Assembly: GCF_006345805.1 (NCBI RefSeq)
Contig: NW_021832829.1
Location: 1 to 64,000, forward strand
Reading direction: 5' to 3'
DNA length: 64,000 bases
Source of the DNA: Octopus sinensis
Lineage: Eukaryota
Part shown: one piece after another, positions 23,069-35,309 of the stretch
Layout of the letters: every line of letters begins with the position of its first letter
Position numbering within the stretch: position 1 is the first letter of the stretch
Position numbers and translations under genes: made by a program
Notes under the pieces: model-generated
The model's database searches: none
Seen by the model: the letters and a program-made list of their open reading frames with translations, nothing else
What the model was told of the DNA's origin: nothing

Positions 23069-25710
23069 CTGTAAACCCATTGAGGTTTCTCGGCGGTTTT
23101 CGTTTAGCTCCCTGTTTTGCAATCCAAGTGGCGGTGCACTTTTCTTTTGCGAACGTCAGTCCTTTTGATATACACCACTCTTCCACTCTTGTCACGTATC
23201 CTTTTAATTTCCTCCACGAGATGTCTTTTCTCCACGAAGCATCCGTTATTAGTATGTCGTCCGCGTAGATCATGAGAGGACTGGTAGGATCTTTCGGTTA
23301 TGGAATATCAGCAACGTAAATATTAAAAAGCAGAGGGCTCAAGACCGAGCCTTGAGGTACCCCTCTTTTGAGATCGATAGATTCCGACAAACGGTTTCCG
23401 CATCGTATGTGTGACCTCTTCAGCCAATTGACCGTTCTAGACCCGGGTTTGATTTTGGCGACACTTTCAATTCTTGGTATGCTGCATTGATGAACAAGAT
23501 CAGCCGATACGAGTAAAACTCCAATACAATCCTCTCCATAAGCTTTTGAGACATCGAGGCAGATAGCAATAGTCGCTATATTGTTAGCAAGACTAAGCGA
23601 GATGACTTTCTGAGTTCTCCGAAACAATCTCCGCAGGATTTTTTTCGTCGGAATCCCCACTGCTCTACTGCAAGTGCACCTGATTCCTCTACAAAGTTCG
23701 AAAGTCTTGTGAAGACAATCCGTTCCATAATTTTAGAGACGGAGCATATTAGGCTTATCGGCCTATAGTTCTCTGCATGGTCCTTCATTTTTCCAGGCTT
23801 TGGAATCATACGTACGATTGACTTTTTCCAAGAGTCCGGTACATATCCAAGTCTCCAGCTTGCATTGTATAGTGCGGTCAAGTATCGTAGGAGAATAATT
23901 GGAACATGTTTGAATACAGTAATTGGAATGCAGTCATGGCCGGGTGCATTATTCTTGCAGCTCATAATAGCGACATACGTTTCTTCCAACGTTATGTCTC
24001 TGCACAGTGGTCCCGTATAACTCAAATTAGCTCCCAAATTCTTTCGGAACCATGTCGATCGAATCCACCTCTTGAAGTTTTGCCAGTTGACTTTGCAAAT
24101 GTGAGGGAACTTCATCGAGCGGGATAGCTATTCCTTCAGTTGTTTTTAGCTGAATCTCTTCTCCTTTGTTCTCCATATTAATTAGTCTGTTGAAAACCTT
24201 CCAAAAATGAGGTTTTTCTTATTCAGTTTCGAGCATTGACTCTTCCAAGCAAAGTCTGAATGTTTTTTGGCGACATCATTTATCTCTATTTTCACGGTAG
24301 GAATCTTATCCCGAAGACGAATACGATCTATGGGGTCACTGCATCGTCTTAGCTTCTTTTCAAGGTTTCCCTTCCATTTTATAAGTTTCCCCAAAGATTC
24401 GTCTATTCGGGTTTTTCTATTACTATTTGACATGATGTATTTTCTGATTGAAGATTTTTGGAGAAAATCTAGTATAGCTTCTCTGAGAATTTTATCAAGT
24501 TTTTCAATTTGCATATTCGAAGAGATGTTTTCTATTGGATACGGTATCAAATGCATTTTCATTGATATCTCGAAGTCAGACCAGATTGTCCGAGACGTAT
24601 CATATCCGATGAAAAGATCTTCGCATATCATAGATGATGTTCGCATACATAAAGATTGAGGTAGGTGATCACTACCAATGTTTATCTCAATTCTTGGGAG
24701 GCTGCATTGATGAACAAGATCAGCCGATACGAGGAAAACTCCAATACAATCCTCTCCATAACAAGAGAAATAATTTGGTCCTCGTGAAATCAAAACACTA
24801 AAGCCACACGTAGCTTTGCCTCCTCGATTTTGTGACCATTTGGTTCAAAGGGCTGGGTATACGTACAGTAGTCAACAAAGGCCGAAAGATCATCTTTACT
24901 TTTGAAATCCAAAACGTAGTCGCCCGAGTGACGACGTGTCACTCGAGCCTTACAAGCGATTTCGCAACCACAAAGTGTGTTTGCTATCTCAATAGAATCG
25001 AGCTCTGAGTATTGTACTGATAGTACAATACTCAGGCATACAGATGGCAAGGAGCCCTGAATAAAAGGCTCAGAGGCCGAGATTGATGGCACGAAAGTCT
25101 GAATATTCTGGGATTTAAGATTCTTTATGGATTTTGAATAATTTATTTTGAATTGTTATTAATATATTTTTGCTCACAAGAACAACTTTGCCATTTCAGT
25201 TAGTCGCCATCTAGCGATGATAAATAGTCCATTATTCCCGATATGTTTCTCCTGTTGTTGTCTAGATTCCATTCCCTTTGACAAAAATTATTCTTGACTT
25301 GAATAATTTTTTCAGAGAATGTAAAGACAAGTAGAGAAATGGCAGATAACTCCCAAATGTTATTTCAGAGTACCTTTTGAATACAAACATCTTTTAATCG
25401 ACTGATTTATATACTTCTTTGTCTTTTATTTCTTTTACCTATACTTGCTCAATTCAGTGCAACTTGACATAACCAAGATATAAGAGAGACGGCCGATTGT
25501 GTTGGTAGTCACGTTATCTGTTTATTGAATAATTTCCCCAATAAAGTGAACAAATATTCCCTAGTATGTGCCCAGCTTATTTTTGTTCGAAATAGAAAGC
25601 CTCTTTTTAATTAGCCTTGTCAATTAACTAAATGACTCATACGAGACAAAAAAGCAAATTGATTGTATAATGAGATGGTTCTACCGCAAAAATGAAAACA
25701 AAATAAAAAA

Positions 25711-27740
25711 TCAAGGAATATCATTAAAGGCAATCACAGGACTAGTGACGGACAAACTAATATCCTCAGTAGACAAATTGGCAGACTCAATTAAAGGACA
25801 ACTCCCGGAAAGTGGGTCAACCACCGAAATGACAGGACACGCCATCTCCCCGACCAAATCTGCTCTCATATTCATCTCGACACAGTACTGAAGCAGTCGA
25901 TTAGCAAAAACATCATCCCGGCATTTACTCAACGCCTAACATATAGAAAGTAGACAACTTTATGCAAAATCTCAATTGCCTCAAAAAACTTAAATTGATG
26001 ACAATAGTTCAGGGCGATTGCAGAATAAGAACTCGAACTCTCCTTGATGAGGAGACATGTTCTGTGAAGAGCAATCGCCTCCTCAAATTCCCTACAATTA
26101 AATAATATCAGACCCCAATTTCCGATGACAAAATCCAAGATTATTAAACAAGGGTTCCCAGAATGGGTCCATAAGGTCAATTCCACGAGAATGGCACATG
26201 CTTTTTGCTAAATTGAACCCATCCATTGCCTCCTTGTATTTCTGACGCTTAAAGTCGATGATTGCCAGTTCAAATATAGCAAGAGGGTCATCCGGAGAGT
26301 GAAGAAGTGCTTCCTTCAACAGATTGGAGGCCATTGTGAGATTATCCAACGAGAAATACTCTTTGGCCACACTCACCAACGGTCTCTGGTGTCTAATCAC
26401 ACTCAACCCCAAAAATGACCGTTTTGACACATTGGCAGCCGACAAATACACAGAAATGGCCTGGTCGTGTTCGCATTCGAAGGAAAATGTGTGCCCCAAG
26501 GCCATCCAGGCATATACAGCATTCCCGTTGGAGTTGGTTACTCTCCTACCACTCACTCAAACACATACTTGAAGTATTTCCTGGCCATTTCCACCTTATT
26601 TCTCAACAAATAGTAGACTCCCATACAATACAGAGTTATCTAATCACATATGGACGACATTTTACCTCAGTTCCAGGCAGACTTGAGAGAAGAATGTTAG
26701 TGAAAGTGTACAATTCGGTCTCCTTGTGGAGTTTGTAGAGCAGTCCAATGTGGAATGGAAGATGTCGTTCATTCAAAGAATCAAAATCCAAAATTCTCCA
26801 CTAAAAACACAAAAAACTACTTTTTAGACAAAATATAAGCGTCAAGAAACATGAAACGCTCAAATAATCGTTCCAAAGTGGAGATCATTCCATCAACACT
26901 ATTCTCGCAAATAGAATGTGCCAATAAGTCTGTCTTTTCCCGGACAGGCTAGTCAAAATGACCTCAAAAAACTACCAAGTACACAATCTGGTAAATCGAC
27001 TCCATCAAATCACTGGAAAAGAGGCCAAGATGGCCCTCCAATGCAGCCAAATCCAGCAAAATGACAAGCCGTTCGACCGCTTCTTGACACCCCACATCCA
27101 ATTTGACGGCCATGTGATAATTCTGGACTGCCTTCTCCTTCTCTCGTTGAGCTTCGGCAATTCTGCCTCGAAGAAGTGCAAATTCGCTCAAAATCTGTGC
27201 TAATTCTAATTTTAGACAACTTCGTCATTTGTGGAGTCAATTGGAGAGATATCGACAATACTGAGAGATCGACTGACCAGATTTCCCTCAATTTCGACGT
27301 TCAGGACTGAAATGGCTTCATTATATAACTTTAGATGATACTAGTGTGGTCAATCACAGAATTACGTAACATTGGGCACACAATAATTGAAATTGAGATG
27401 ATTTCTAAAATATAAGGAATTGATAAAACTGAGTCTAGTTTCCGGGATTTAATAAAATCTCGAGCACGGGCATACTGTCTGGTATGTATGAGACATTCAA
27501 CATAGCGGAGACAGTCTGGCATCGATTCTGGTGGATAAATTGGAAAATAAACGTGGATTTAGAGATATAAGTTTGTCGCACCAGAAGAGGGCAGAATCGA
27601 ATTGTCTCTAAAGGATGTGGTTGTGGATGAACTACTCTTCTCATTAGACTTTCGGTCGTGGTTTGCATTCTGAGTACATGTTTAGAGATTTCTGTAGAAC
27701 TCGGGTCCTTCCTTTTTATGTTAGAAGGAGACACATACAT
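25711..27740 (-). CDS. CDC16: Anaphase-promoting complex subunit 6 (multi-exon, TPR protein)
   Basis: LLRGRIAEAQ...AVKLDVGCQEAVERL, WMALGHTFSFECEHDQAISVY and WEPLFNNLGFCHRKL are diagnostic CDC16 segments. Confidence 0.92.
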
Positions 27741-27976
27741 TAATTGAAAACGCGTAGAATTTATTTTATTTAAAAATTAAGAAATAACAAAATATTTATA
27801 ATTTAAAATAATTTAATTAAATAACTTCTTTATTAATATTAAGAGAATTTTTATTTTTAAAAAGTTTTAATATAAATAACATTGTCTAAAATATTTTAAT
27901 TATAAACATACAAAATTAATTTGTAATTAATAAAAAAAATATTTTTAAAAATTATTTTATTCGTTGTGTGTCCCAC

Positions 27977-29003
27977 ATGCCACCAAAATCGAAGCCCAAC
28001 AAAAAAGAGGAGCAAAAAAGAAAAGAAAAAATAATCGAAGTATAACCCTCCCCTCTAAAATAAGGACAAAACATTTGGCATTAAAAACAAAAAAGGCAAC
28101 AAACAGCAAAAATACATTCAATCCTTGTCAAAACAAATAAATAACGACACCAACAAAAAAGTAATTCAAAAATACATTTTTAAGCGTCCCGACCCCCAGA
28201 CTGGACAGAAGAGCAAACTGGACGACCGAGAACTCCGCAAATATTTCAATCCAGTAGTTGAAATGCCGACCGTTGAGCCAGGAGTGGATCTAAAAACCAT
28301 TTTTTGTCCATTTTTCAAACAAGGAATCTGCAATAAAGGCAAAAAATGTCAATACTCACACGAACTGCAGGAAGGCAAGCACAAAAACATATATATCGAC
28401 ACCCGCCCTACACAAGACACCAATCGCACAGAAATCGTACAAATTTGAATCATTTTTTTCAGATTTGTCGATATTTTATCGAGGCAGTGGAAAGTGATTT
28501 GTTTGGGTGGAGGTGGACGTGTCCCGGGGGTGAGAATTGCCAGTATCGGCACTGTCTCCCCCAAGGATATGTCCTCAAAAAGGACAGGAAGTTGATGGAA
28601 GAAAAACAGGCTCAAACCACTCTTGAAGAACATATTGAATTTGGAGTTCAAATTTTAAATAAAATTAAAAGAGAACTCAGCTTGTGGGGGAATTGGTCCC
28701 TGTCACTGCCCAGACGTTTTTGGAGTGGAAAAAGAAGAGGTTGGTGGCACAGAGTGAGAAGAAGACTGAGTTGAAGAAGGGAAGGACCCCGGGAATCACA
28801 GGCAGGGAGGTCTTGGAGTCGAGGAATGTGGAAGAAAGTCAGTCGGATGAGGAGAAAGGACACGTTTTTGAAATTCCGGTTGAAGAGAAGGTTGTTGATG
28901 GTGGGGACTGATTTGTGAGTTGGTAGATGACTTTTTGGAGGTTGATGAGAGTTTGTTTTTGATGGAAGGGTTGGATGAAGAATTGGCAAAATTTGACTTA
29001 TAA
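27977..29003 (+). CDS. ZC3H15: CCCH zinc finger protein 15 (Tma46/DFRP1), multi-exon
   Basis: MPPK...IIE/DKTFGIKNKKGNKQQKYI; CPFFKQGICNKGKKCQYSH; ICRYFIEAVE..LFGWRWTCPGGENCQYRHCLPQGYVLKKD. Confidence 0.95.
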
Positions 29004-29070
29004 TTTAATTTGTTTTTATTGTGTTTATTTTAAATAATTAAGTTAAATGTTTAATTAAATAAAACGTGGA

Positions 29071-29997
29071 ATGTCACTTGTAGCTGGTGTGGTGAATAAA
29101 TAATATTTTAGAAACTAAAAAAACAAAAGAAATTTTAGAATCCATTACCACTTCATTGCCAGAAATAGAAAATACAATCAATTCAATTTTAGAATGTTTA
29201 AAAAACATTCCAAAAAACTACCAAGTACTTCTATACTATAAAAATTGTAGGGAATCAGTCTCCTCGACCTAAAAAACATGTCCATGGCTTCCTACCTCGC
29301 CAACCTCATACATTTATTCCAATCTAAACTAAGAGGGCAGTCGATTGAAGGAGATCCGGTTATTCTCAGATTGGCCGAGCTTAGAATTGTACTCGCTTTT
29401 GATATAACATTGGTAGACTCTGGAAAGAGTGTTTATGCTGGAGAATAAACTGGAATATTACATTAAGAAGGTCATATCCGAAAACCAATCAGTCCAATCC
29501 AAAGGAGAGGATCCCCTTTCATATAAACCCCGCCTTGAAGACCTCCAGGTACCCTCAATCTCAAATATTCAAGACCGAACCTGAAAAAGACAAACCGAAG
29601 GTTTACGTCCCCCCAAAAAAGACGTCAAGTATATCAAAGATATTTCAAAATATAGTCAAAGAAGATCGAAATGGCGGGAAAATGTCTGATTTTGTGGGAC
29701 TTGTGGGGGAGGATGCAGGACCTGAGCAAATTTCTGTTTGTTTGGTGATGTGATGTGGAAGGGATTCGGGAATGAGGAGATGACTCGTCGGGAGAAGGAT
29801 TTGGAAAAGTATGAGGAGGACAACCTTCGACGGGTGATTGTGTCCAAGAAGGATAAAGTGCTTTGTGTTGTTTGAGTGGTTAGGTTAAGAAACGGGCTCC
29901 GAAGACTTTCTTAAATAAAGAATTTGATGATATTTTGGATATGGGTAAAAAGAGAAAAATTCGAAATCAAAATCCTCCGAAAAAATCTCGATTTTAA
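29071..29997 (+). CDS. NGDN: Neuroguidin (Lcp5/Sas10-family), multi-exon
   Basis: GISLLDLKN..MASYLANL, DPVILRLAELRI, KLEYYIKK, DPLSYKP, VYVPPK and YEEDNLRR motifs; basic C-terminus. Confidence 0.85.
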
Positions 29998-30673
29998 TAT
30001 TTTTTACTTAATTTATATGTTTGAATATTACTTAGTCAGCAAACTTGATTTTTTGTGTGGCGATTGTGGCAAGTAGTTGAAATCATTGTTTAGTTGAAAT
30101 AAACCTCAACAAAGGCGATGATTTACTTATTATTTTCTTACATTTTAATTTTACTTTATTGGAAAATTGTTAATTTGATACTTATAAATTTACAAATAGT
30201 AGATTCGTTCAACAATTTTTATTTATTTATTTTTATTTTTTTATAATTATGTTTTTTATAGACAACAAACAAAACAAAGGGTCATACAGGCAGAGCTTTA
30301 TTTCGATACTATGATCAATTATTTGCGTAAATTAATTTTTAAGTAAGTCACACAAAAATTTTCTTAATTTATACAACAAACAGACGTTTTTGAATAATTA
30401 TCCTTAAAAGCTTTGATAATCTCATTGTCCAGTAGTTGAAAAATTGGAGTTGTATTTTTGACTAAAAAAGGCAATTTTGATTAAAACAAGCGGATTTGAG
30501 AATTCTTACTTTTAACCAAAAGGGAAAAGGTTTCAGTGAATATGGATTATCAAAAACAAAATTTAATCAAAAAAATTAAATTTCACATGTTTCAAGTGTA
30601 TTATATATTTATGATTACTCGGCAAAGGATGGGAATGACATGTATGATAGTTAAATGTTTAAATTACTGTATT

Positions 30674-30830
30674 TCACATGCTGTGAATCACAAATCTAAA
30701 TAAAGTAGGATTAATCATTTGGATGTAATGGAAATGAGTTATTGTTTAATTATAATTTGACAAACATTATTCACCGCAACTGCATATTTAGAAACAAGAA
30801 CAAAGAGTGTAAAAAGGCAAAAAATGCCAT
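30674..30830 (-). CDS. Candidate two-exon hydrophobic micropeptide (25 aa), copy A
   Basis: Exons 30830-30775 and 30695-30674 with a 79-nt GT-AG intron give MAFFAFLHSLFLFLNMQLRFVIHSM*. The frame, splice sites and stop are conserved in copy B. Confidence 0.4.
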
Positions 30831-30888
30831 TAAAAAATTAAAATCCATTAAAATTTAGTATATAATATCAAGTAATTTATTTATTATA

Positions 30889-33547
30889 ATGCCTTTCTAC
30901 GATGCAATTCTTGGTTTTTAATTTGCTTCATTTATAGGGATACTTTTCTGTGGGTATATATACGGTACAATACGGGGAGTTTATGTTAAGGAACTGAATA
31001 TGAAAACATCTATAATTATGACGGCCATGCATACTATTTTTTAAAAAAACAGACATACATACCGGATCACTTAGAAGCATGTAGTAACGATGGATACTAC
31101 ACAGCCGATATATCAAGTGCTACTGAAAATGACGTGATCGCAAGTAAACAATTTATTTATATTTGAGGTGTCATCAGAAAGGACTATCTTCTTGGAATAT
31201 GGAGACATTACGGCGGCTCCGAATATTTTAGTTATCACACTGGCCTGGAAGCTGTAAGTGACAATAACAAGAGTCTAGAATTATACAAACTTCGCCAAAG
31301 ATATTTCTTACTACTACTACGATGCCACTGCTGAAATGATGCATAAGAGTGGTCAGTGGTTACTTGCGTATCAGTGGAGATATTCCTATGTTATGTGTGA
31401 AAATGGTGAATAAGGTTTGTGTCATTTTAAGATGAAATTTCTTCACTGGGCGTTAACCTGACTTCAGATAAAGTTATAAATCGTAATGCAACTTTAAATG
31501 TTAAAATAGTAAATTACGACCATTTGTTGACATTCGGGGGACACTCGTACTATATTTATTCTGTATACCGAAACTACGAAATTTCTGTAAAAATCTGCAA
31601 AAATGATCACGACGGATATGTATTCATTCCAGACTATGGACTAGAAAATTGTGCAATACAAGGTATAATCTTTACTTTTAAATAAAAGGTGATAAAATTG
31701 GATGGGTATACGTTGGAATCACCCAAGAAACGGGCGAGTTTGTGACAAGTAAAGGAGATTTGGCAGTATTTGAACATTACATTTGATTAGTCGTATCTTC
31801 CATGGAGTCCTAATCAGCCTGAAAGTGAAATGTGTGTAATAAGAAGTGCTGATAACGGTGAGTTCCAAACAAGTGATTGCAATACAAGAAAGCACATCAT
31901 TTGTGAAACAGGTTATTTCTATTTCCTTTAATTTCTAAGACACTGTTGTGTCGGGTGCAAATGAAACGGCATGTGATATACAGACATCTCATAGTATGGA
32001 GTAGAAGTGACTAACGATTAGTCTACTTTGGTCAAATGAGGAAATATAACGGATGGACATTCCGTTTATTCAACTTCAATACGACTCTGTCTGTTGCTAA
32101 AAGTGTCTGTTCTAGTCATGGAGAAGTCTTATTTGTTCCTCACAATGATGGAGAAAGTTGTGCAATTTCTGGTAAATTGTGAGATTGACATATTAACAGA
32201 GATTATGGAATTTAATATTAAAATAAATGTAGTTGAAATGTACGTAAAAGATGTGCTTATTCCCGGAGATGGGTCCGATAAAGTTAGTTTTATTGAATTT
32301 TCTAGAATTACACCAACTGGAATATTGGATATCCTATTTTGGATTCCAATCGAAGTTGTGTGTTTATGAATTTTGAAACTGGCATTTGGGAAAACGATGT
32401 TTGCAGGAATTCTTCATTTGTTTGTCGCGGAAAAGTTGATATACAATCCTCAATTAATTGCTCGAATAATTTTTATGGTTTCTTCATGTAAAATAGTTTC
32501 TAGAACCGACAAAGTTTGCTAACTCATTCACATATGACTCAAAAACATATTTCTTGTTTGCTTATCTCAAAACTTTCTATGAAGCCGTACGATTGTGTTC
32601 ATATTATGGACAAAACCTTGTTCAAACTACAAATCAGTCTATAATTGAGGAAATAACTAAATGTATATTCAAAATAATAATTAGACATATTTAACGAGTC
32701 TTTTCACATCAATTACAGAATAATGTGGAATGACACCACAATGAACTGGATAGATACCAGCCCTTCAGTTCAAACAATTTGTGACAATATTTAGGATACA
32801 CCCAACTGGATGTCTGGAGAACCCATTCAGAGAGATTATCAGATCTCTTGCGTTAGCATTCAACCTAACAAAACATGGGTGACCAATTCTTGCAGAAGTA
32901 AACACATACCAGTCTGTGTCCAAGATGGTTGAATGTTGATCAAAATTTTATAGCTATCATTAAACCAACATCTACAGTTCCGACAACGACCACCATCCCA
33001 ACAACCACAACTATTACTTCGACAACAACGACTACCACAACAACACCATCTACAACTACCACAACAACACCATCTACAACTACCACAACAACACCAAACA
33101 CAACTACTACAACAACACCAAACACAACTACCACAACAACACCAAACACAACTACCACAACAACACCAAACACAACTATCATAACAACACCAAGCACAAC
33201 TACCATAACAATACCAGCCATTACTACGCTGAGAACTACCTCCACAAGTAATATGATGGTATTAATTTTAGCTACTATGGAGCAGAATGTGGCAGCCTGT
33301 ATCATTTAAATCATTTTATTGCATAGCAAAGGATTTCAATAAAGTCGGTTTAGGCGTTGGCATCTTCTTTGGTATTTTGGCATTCGTCGCTGTTATTGTC
33401 GGGATTTTTATTTTCCGAAGGTATTCGCGTTTCCGATTGGGTAAAAGATATCCGGGAATTACCACTTTGCAGTCAAATGTGAGTTTAAAAAGTATTTTAT
33501 TATGCTTCATTTCAGGCCAGACTTTTTCAATTCAAAGCACTCTTTAA
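30889..33547 (+). CDS. Multi-C-type-lectin-domain, mucin-stalk type I membrane protein, copy A
   Basis: Manual splicing over ~17 introns of about 22-33 nt gives a signal peptide, four CTLD-like units (e.g. YDGHAYYF..C, W..NQPE..C, W...C...C), a Thr-rich stalk, TM segment VGLGVGIFFGILAFVAVIVGIFIFRR and a short tail. Confidence 0.82.
33037..33228 (+). repeat. 24-bp coding tandem repeat x8 (TTTPS/NTTT mucin unit)
   Basis: ACAACAACACCA(TCT/AAC)ACAACTAC(C/T) units, with the last two diverged. Confidence 0.95.
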
Positions 33548-33989
33548 CTCTTCAACTAATATACTAATATCTTAAATAATCTACAAATACTATTCATCGT
33601 ATTTTGCGAGTTTCTTTCAATACAATTGATTTCGATTCTGCTAACATGATGACAAAAAATCAGTTTGCTTAAAGCTGTTTCTTAATATGTTAAAAACCTG
33701 TCAAATGTTATTCAAGTATGCACTTCCTTAAAAGGAGGTTCTTTGCTCATTAAAAGAGCGAAAGAATGTTTATTTAATAAACAACTTCATGAAGATCTAA
33801 CGACAATAACATCACAATATCCACCTTTATTACATTTTCTTGATGATTTATAATCGACCAATAAAGCATACAGCTATTAAAGAAATTGAATTTTTAAAAA
33901 GACGTATGTGAATTGAAAATTTTATTAAATTTTAAAAGAATAAATATTATTATCGCACGCAATGGATGAAACGCGTGCCTAAAGTGAAA

Positions 33990-35040
33990 CGCTATAACCT
34001 TGAGAAAACTACAAAAAATCTCTAAAATGAAATTAACAATCCTTTGATGAAAACAGGAATAAAATTGAGCTATAAAACCGAGAAATCAATTTTTTATTAT
34101 GATCGTTTTGAAAAATTAACAATTTATTTAAATAATGGTTATAGAAGAATAAATTGAAATATTGTACTGATATAAAATTTTTTCTAAAACATCCACCCGT
34201 TTTTTTTGTTTGTCGGTGAGTTCTTTTTGAATCCACCTGCAAATGGTTTGATTGCAACGCTCCACTTGCCCCTGTGATTCTGCATGTCTTGGACGTCCCT
34301 TTTATGAATTATTTTAAATTCTTCACATAATGACGTTATTTCTGAGTTAGCAAATTCTGTTCCGTTATCAGACTGCAGAATTTTTGGTCGACCATAGGAA
34401 AGAAATAGTTCTCAATGATTCCGAAACTGGAACTGCTTTTTTATTTTCTATTTTTTTGGCAAAGCAAAATTTCAAATAAATATCTATGACATTCATACAA
34501 TATTTATAGGAATCATTTATATCTGAATAAAACGAAAGATCGACTAAATCTACTAGATAAAATAAACTATTGAATGAACCGTTCTCAAGGTTCTTTGGCT
34601 ACTATGTTGACTAGTGGATATTTAATCTTTAAGGGCTGACTTCGCTGACATTTGTGGCATGATGATATTACATCACTAATTATGTTTCGATTGATTATGC
34701 AAAAATTATTTTTGCAATACTCTTCCATTTTATTAAATCCATAGTGATAAATTGAATGAATCCTTTCACAATGCAGTTTCATGGATTCAAAATCAGGCAA
34801 TTACAAATACTTTGTTTCCGTCAGATTGTTTATAATATAGCACACCTATCATTAGATTTAATATTACCTCCAGAATTTACGAAATTTCTACATTTTTTGA
34901 GAAAACGAAATCTTTTTTGTCTTGAAAGATCTTCTGGTATTGTATTATTTATTAAAAAATCAAGAATATTCTTATACTCCTGATCATCCTTTACAATGTT
35001 GGCAAATCTCATATTCCGCTAATATTATCTTAAAGTGCAA
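33990..35040 (-). mobile_element. Ginger-like (rve) integrase, degenerate
   Basis: H..H/C..C zinc motif (HCERIHSIYH..SCHKCQ), ILQSDNGTEF and HAESQGQVERCNQT. No RT or Gag is adjacent. Confidence 0.75.
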
Positions 35041-35049
35041 AATCATCTT

Positions 35050-35289
35050 TAATTTTTTTTTTCGTATATTTTTTTTAAAAATATATTCTTTAATATAAAT
35101 TATAAATCTTTTAATAGAAAAGAAAATGGAACAGGAAGTCAGCTACTAGCCGCAGAGAGAATAGAGAAACTGTTCCCCCTGAGTACGGCTATTGAGACGC
35201 GCTCGAAAAGCCGATTGACCTCGCGGGGGTCGTTTCTAATCCTCCCGAGGTGACGGCCTCTCTCGGTGAGAAAACGTAGCGTGGCTTGG
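35050..35289 (-). mobile_element. CRE-like retrotransposon 3' fragment
   Basis: RFLTERGRHLGRIRNDPREVNRLFERVSIAVLRGNSFSILSAASS* followed by an A-rich tail. Confidence 0.85.
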
Positions 35290-35309
35290 CAGGTTAACGC
35301 CCAGTGAAA

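Larger units (their letters stand above)
20795..25100 (-). mobile_element. APE-RT LINE (Jockey/I-like), degenerate, interrupted by a hAT element
   Basis: GSDHLP (APE end), APGHDCI, YRPISLIC, LDVSKA, GVPQGSVLSPLLFN and YADD motifs. The reading continues across the hAT insertion (NLNGFT|VTKNLKYL). (TTCA)n/A-rich tail at ~20795-20820. Confidence 0.85.

Noticed and set aside
33037-33228. Regular repeat array considered as CRISPR-like
   Set aside because: No unique spacers; it is an in-frame mucin repeat in a eukaryotic gene.
32940-33305. Val-rich antisense ORFs (also 54729-54917) and many other antisense ORFs over genes and TEs
   Set aside because: Shadow frames of Thr-rich repeats or GC-rich coding sequence.
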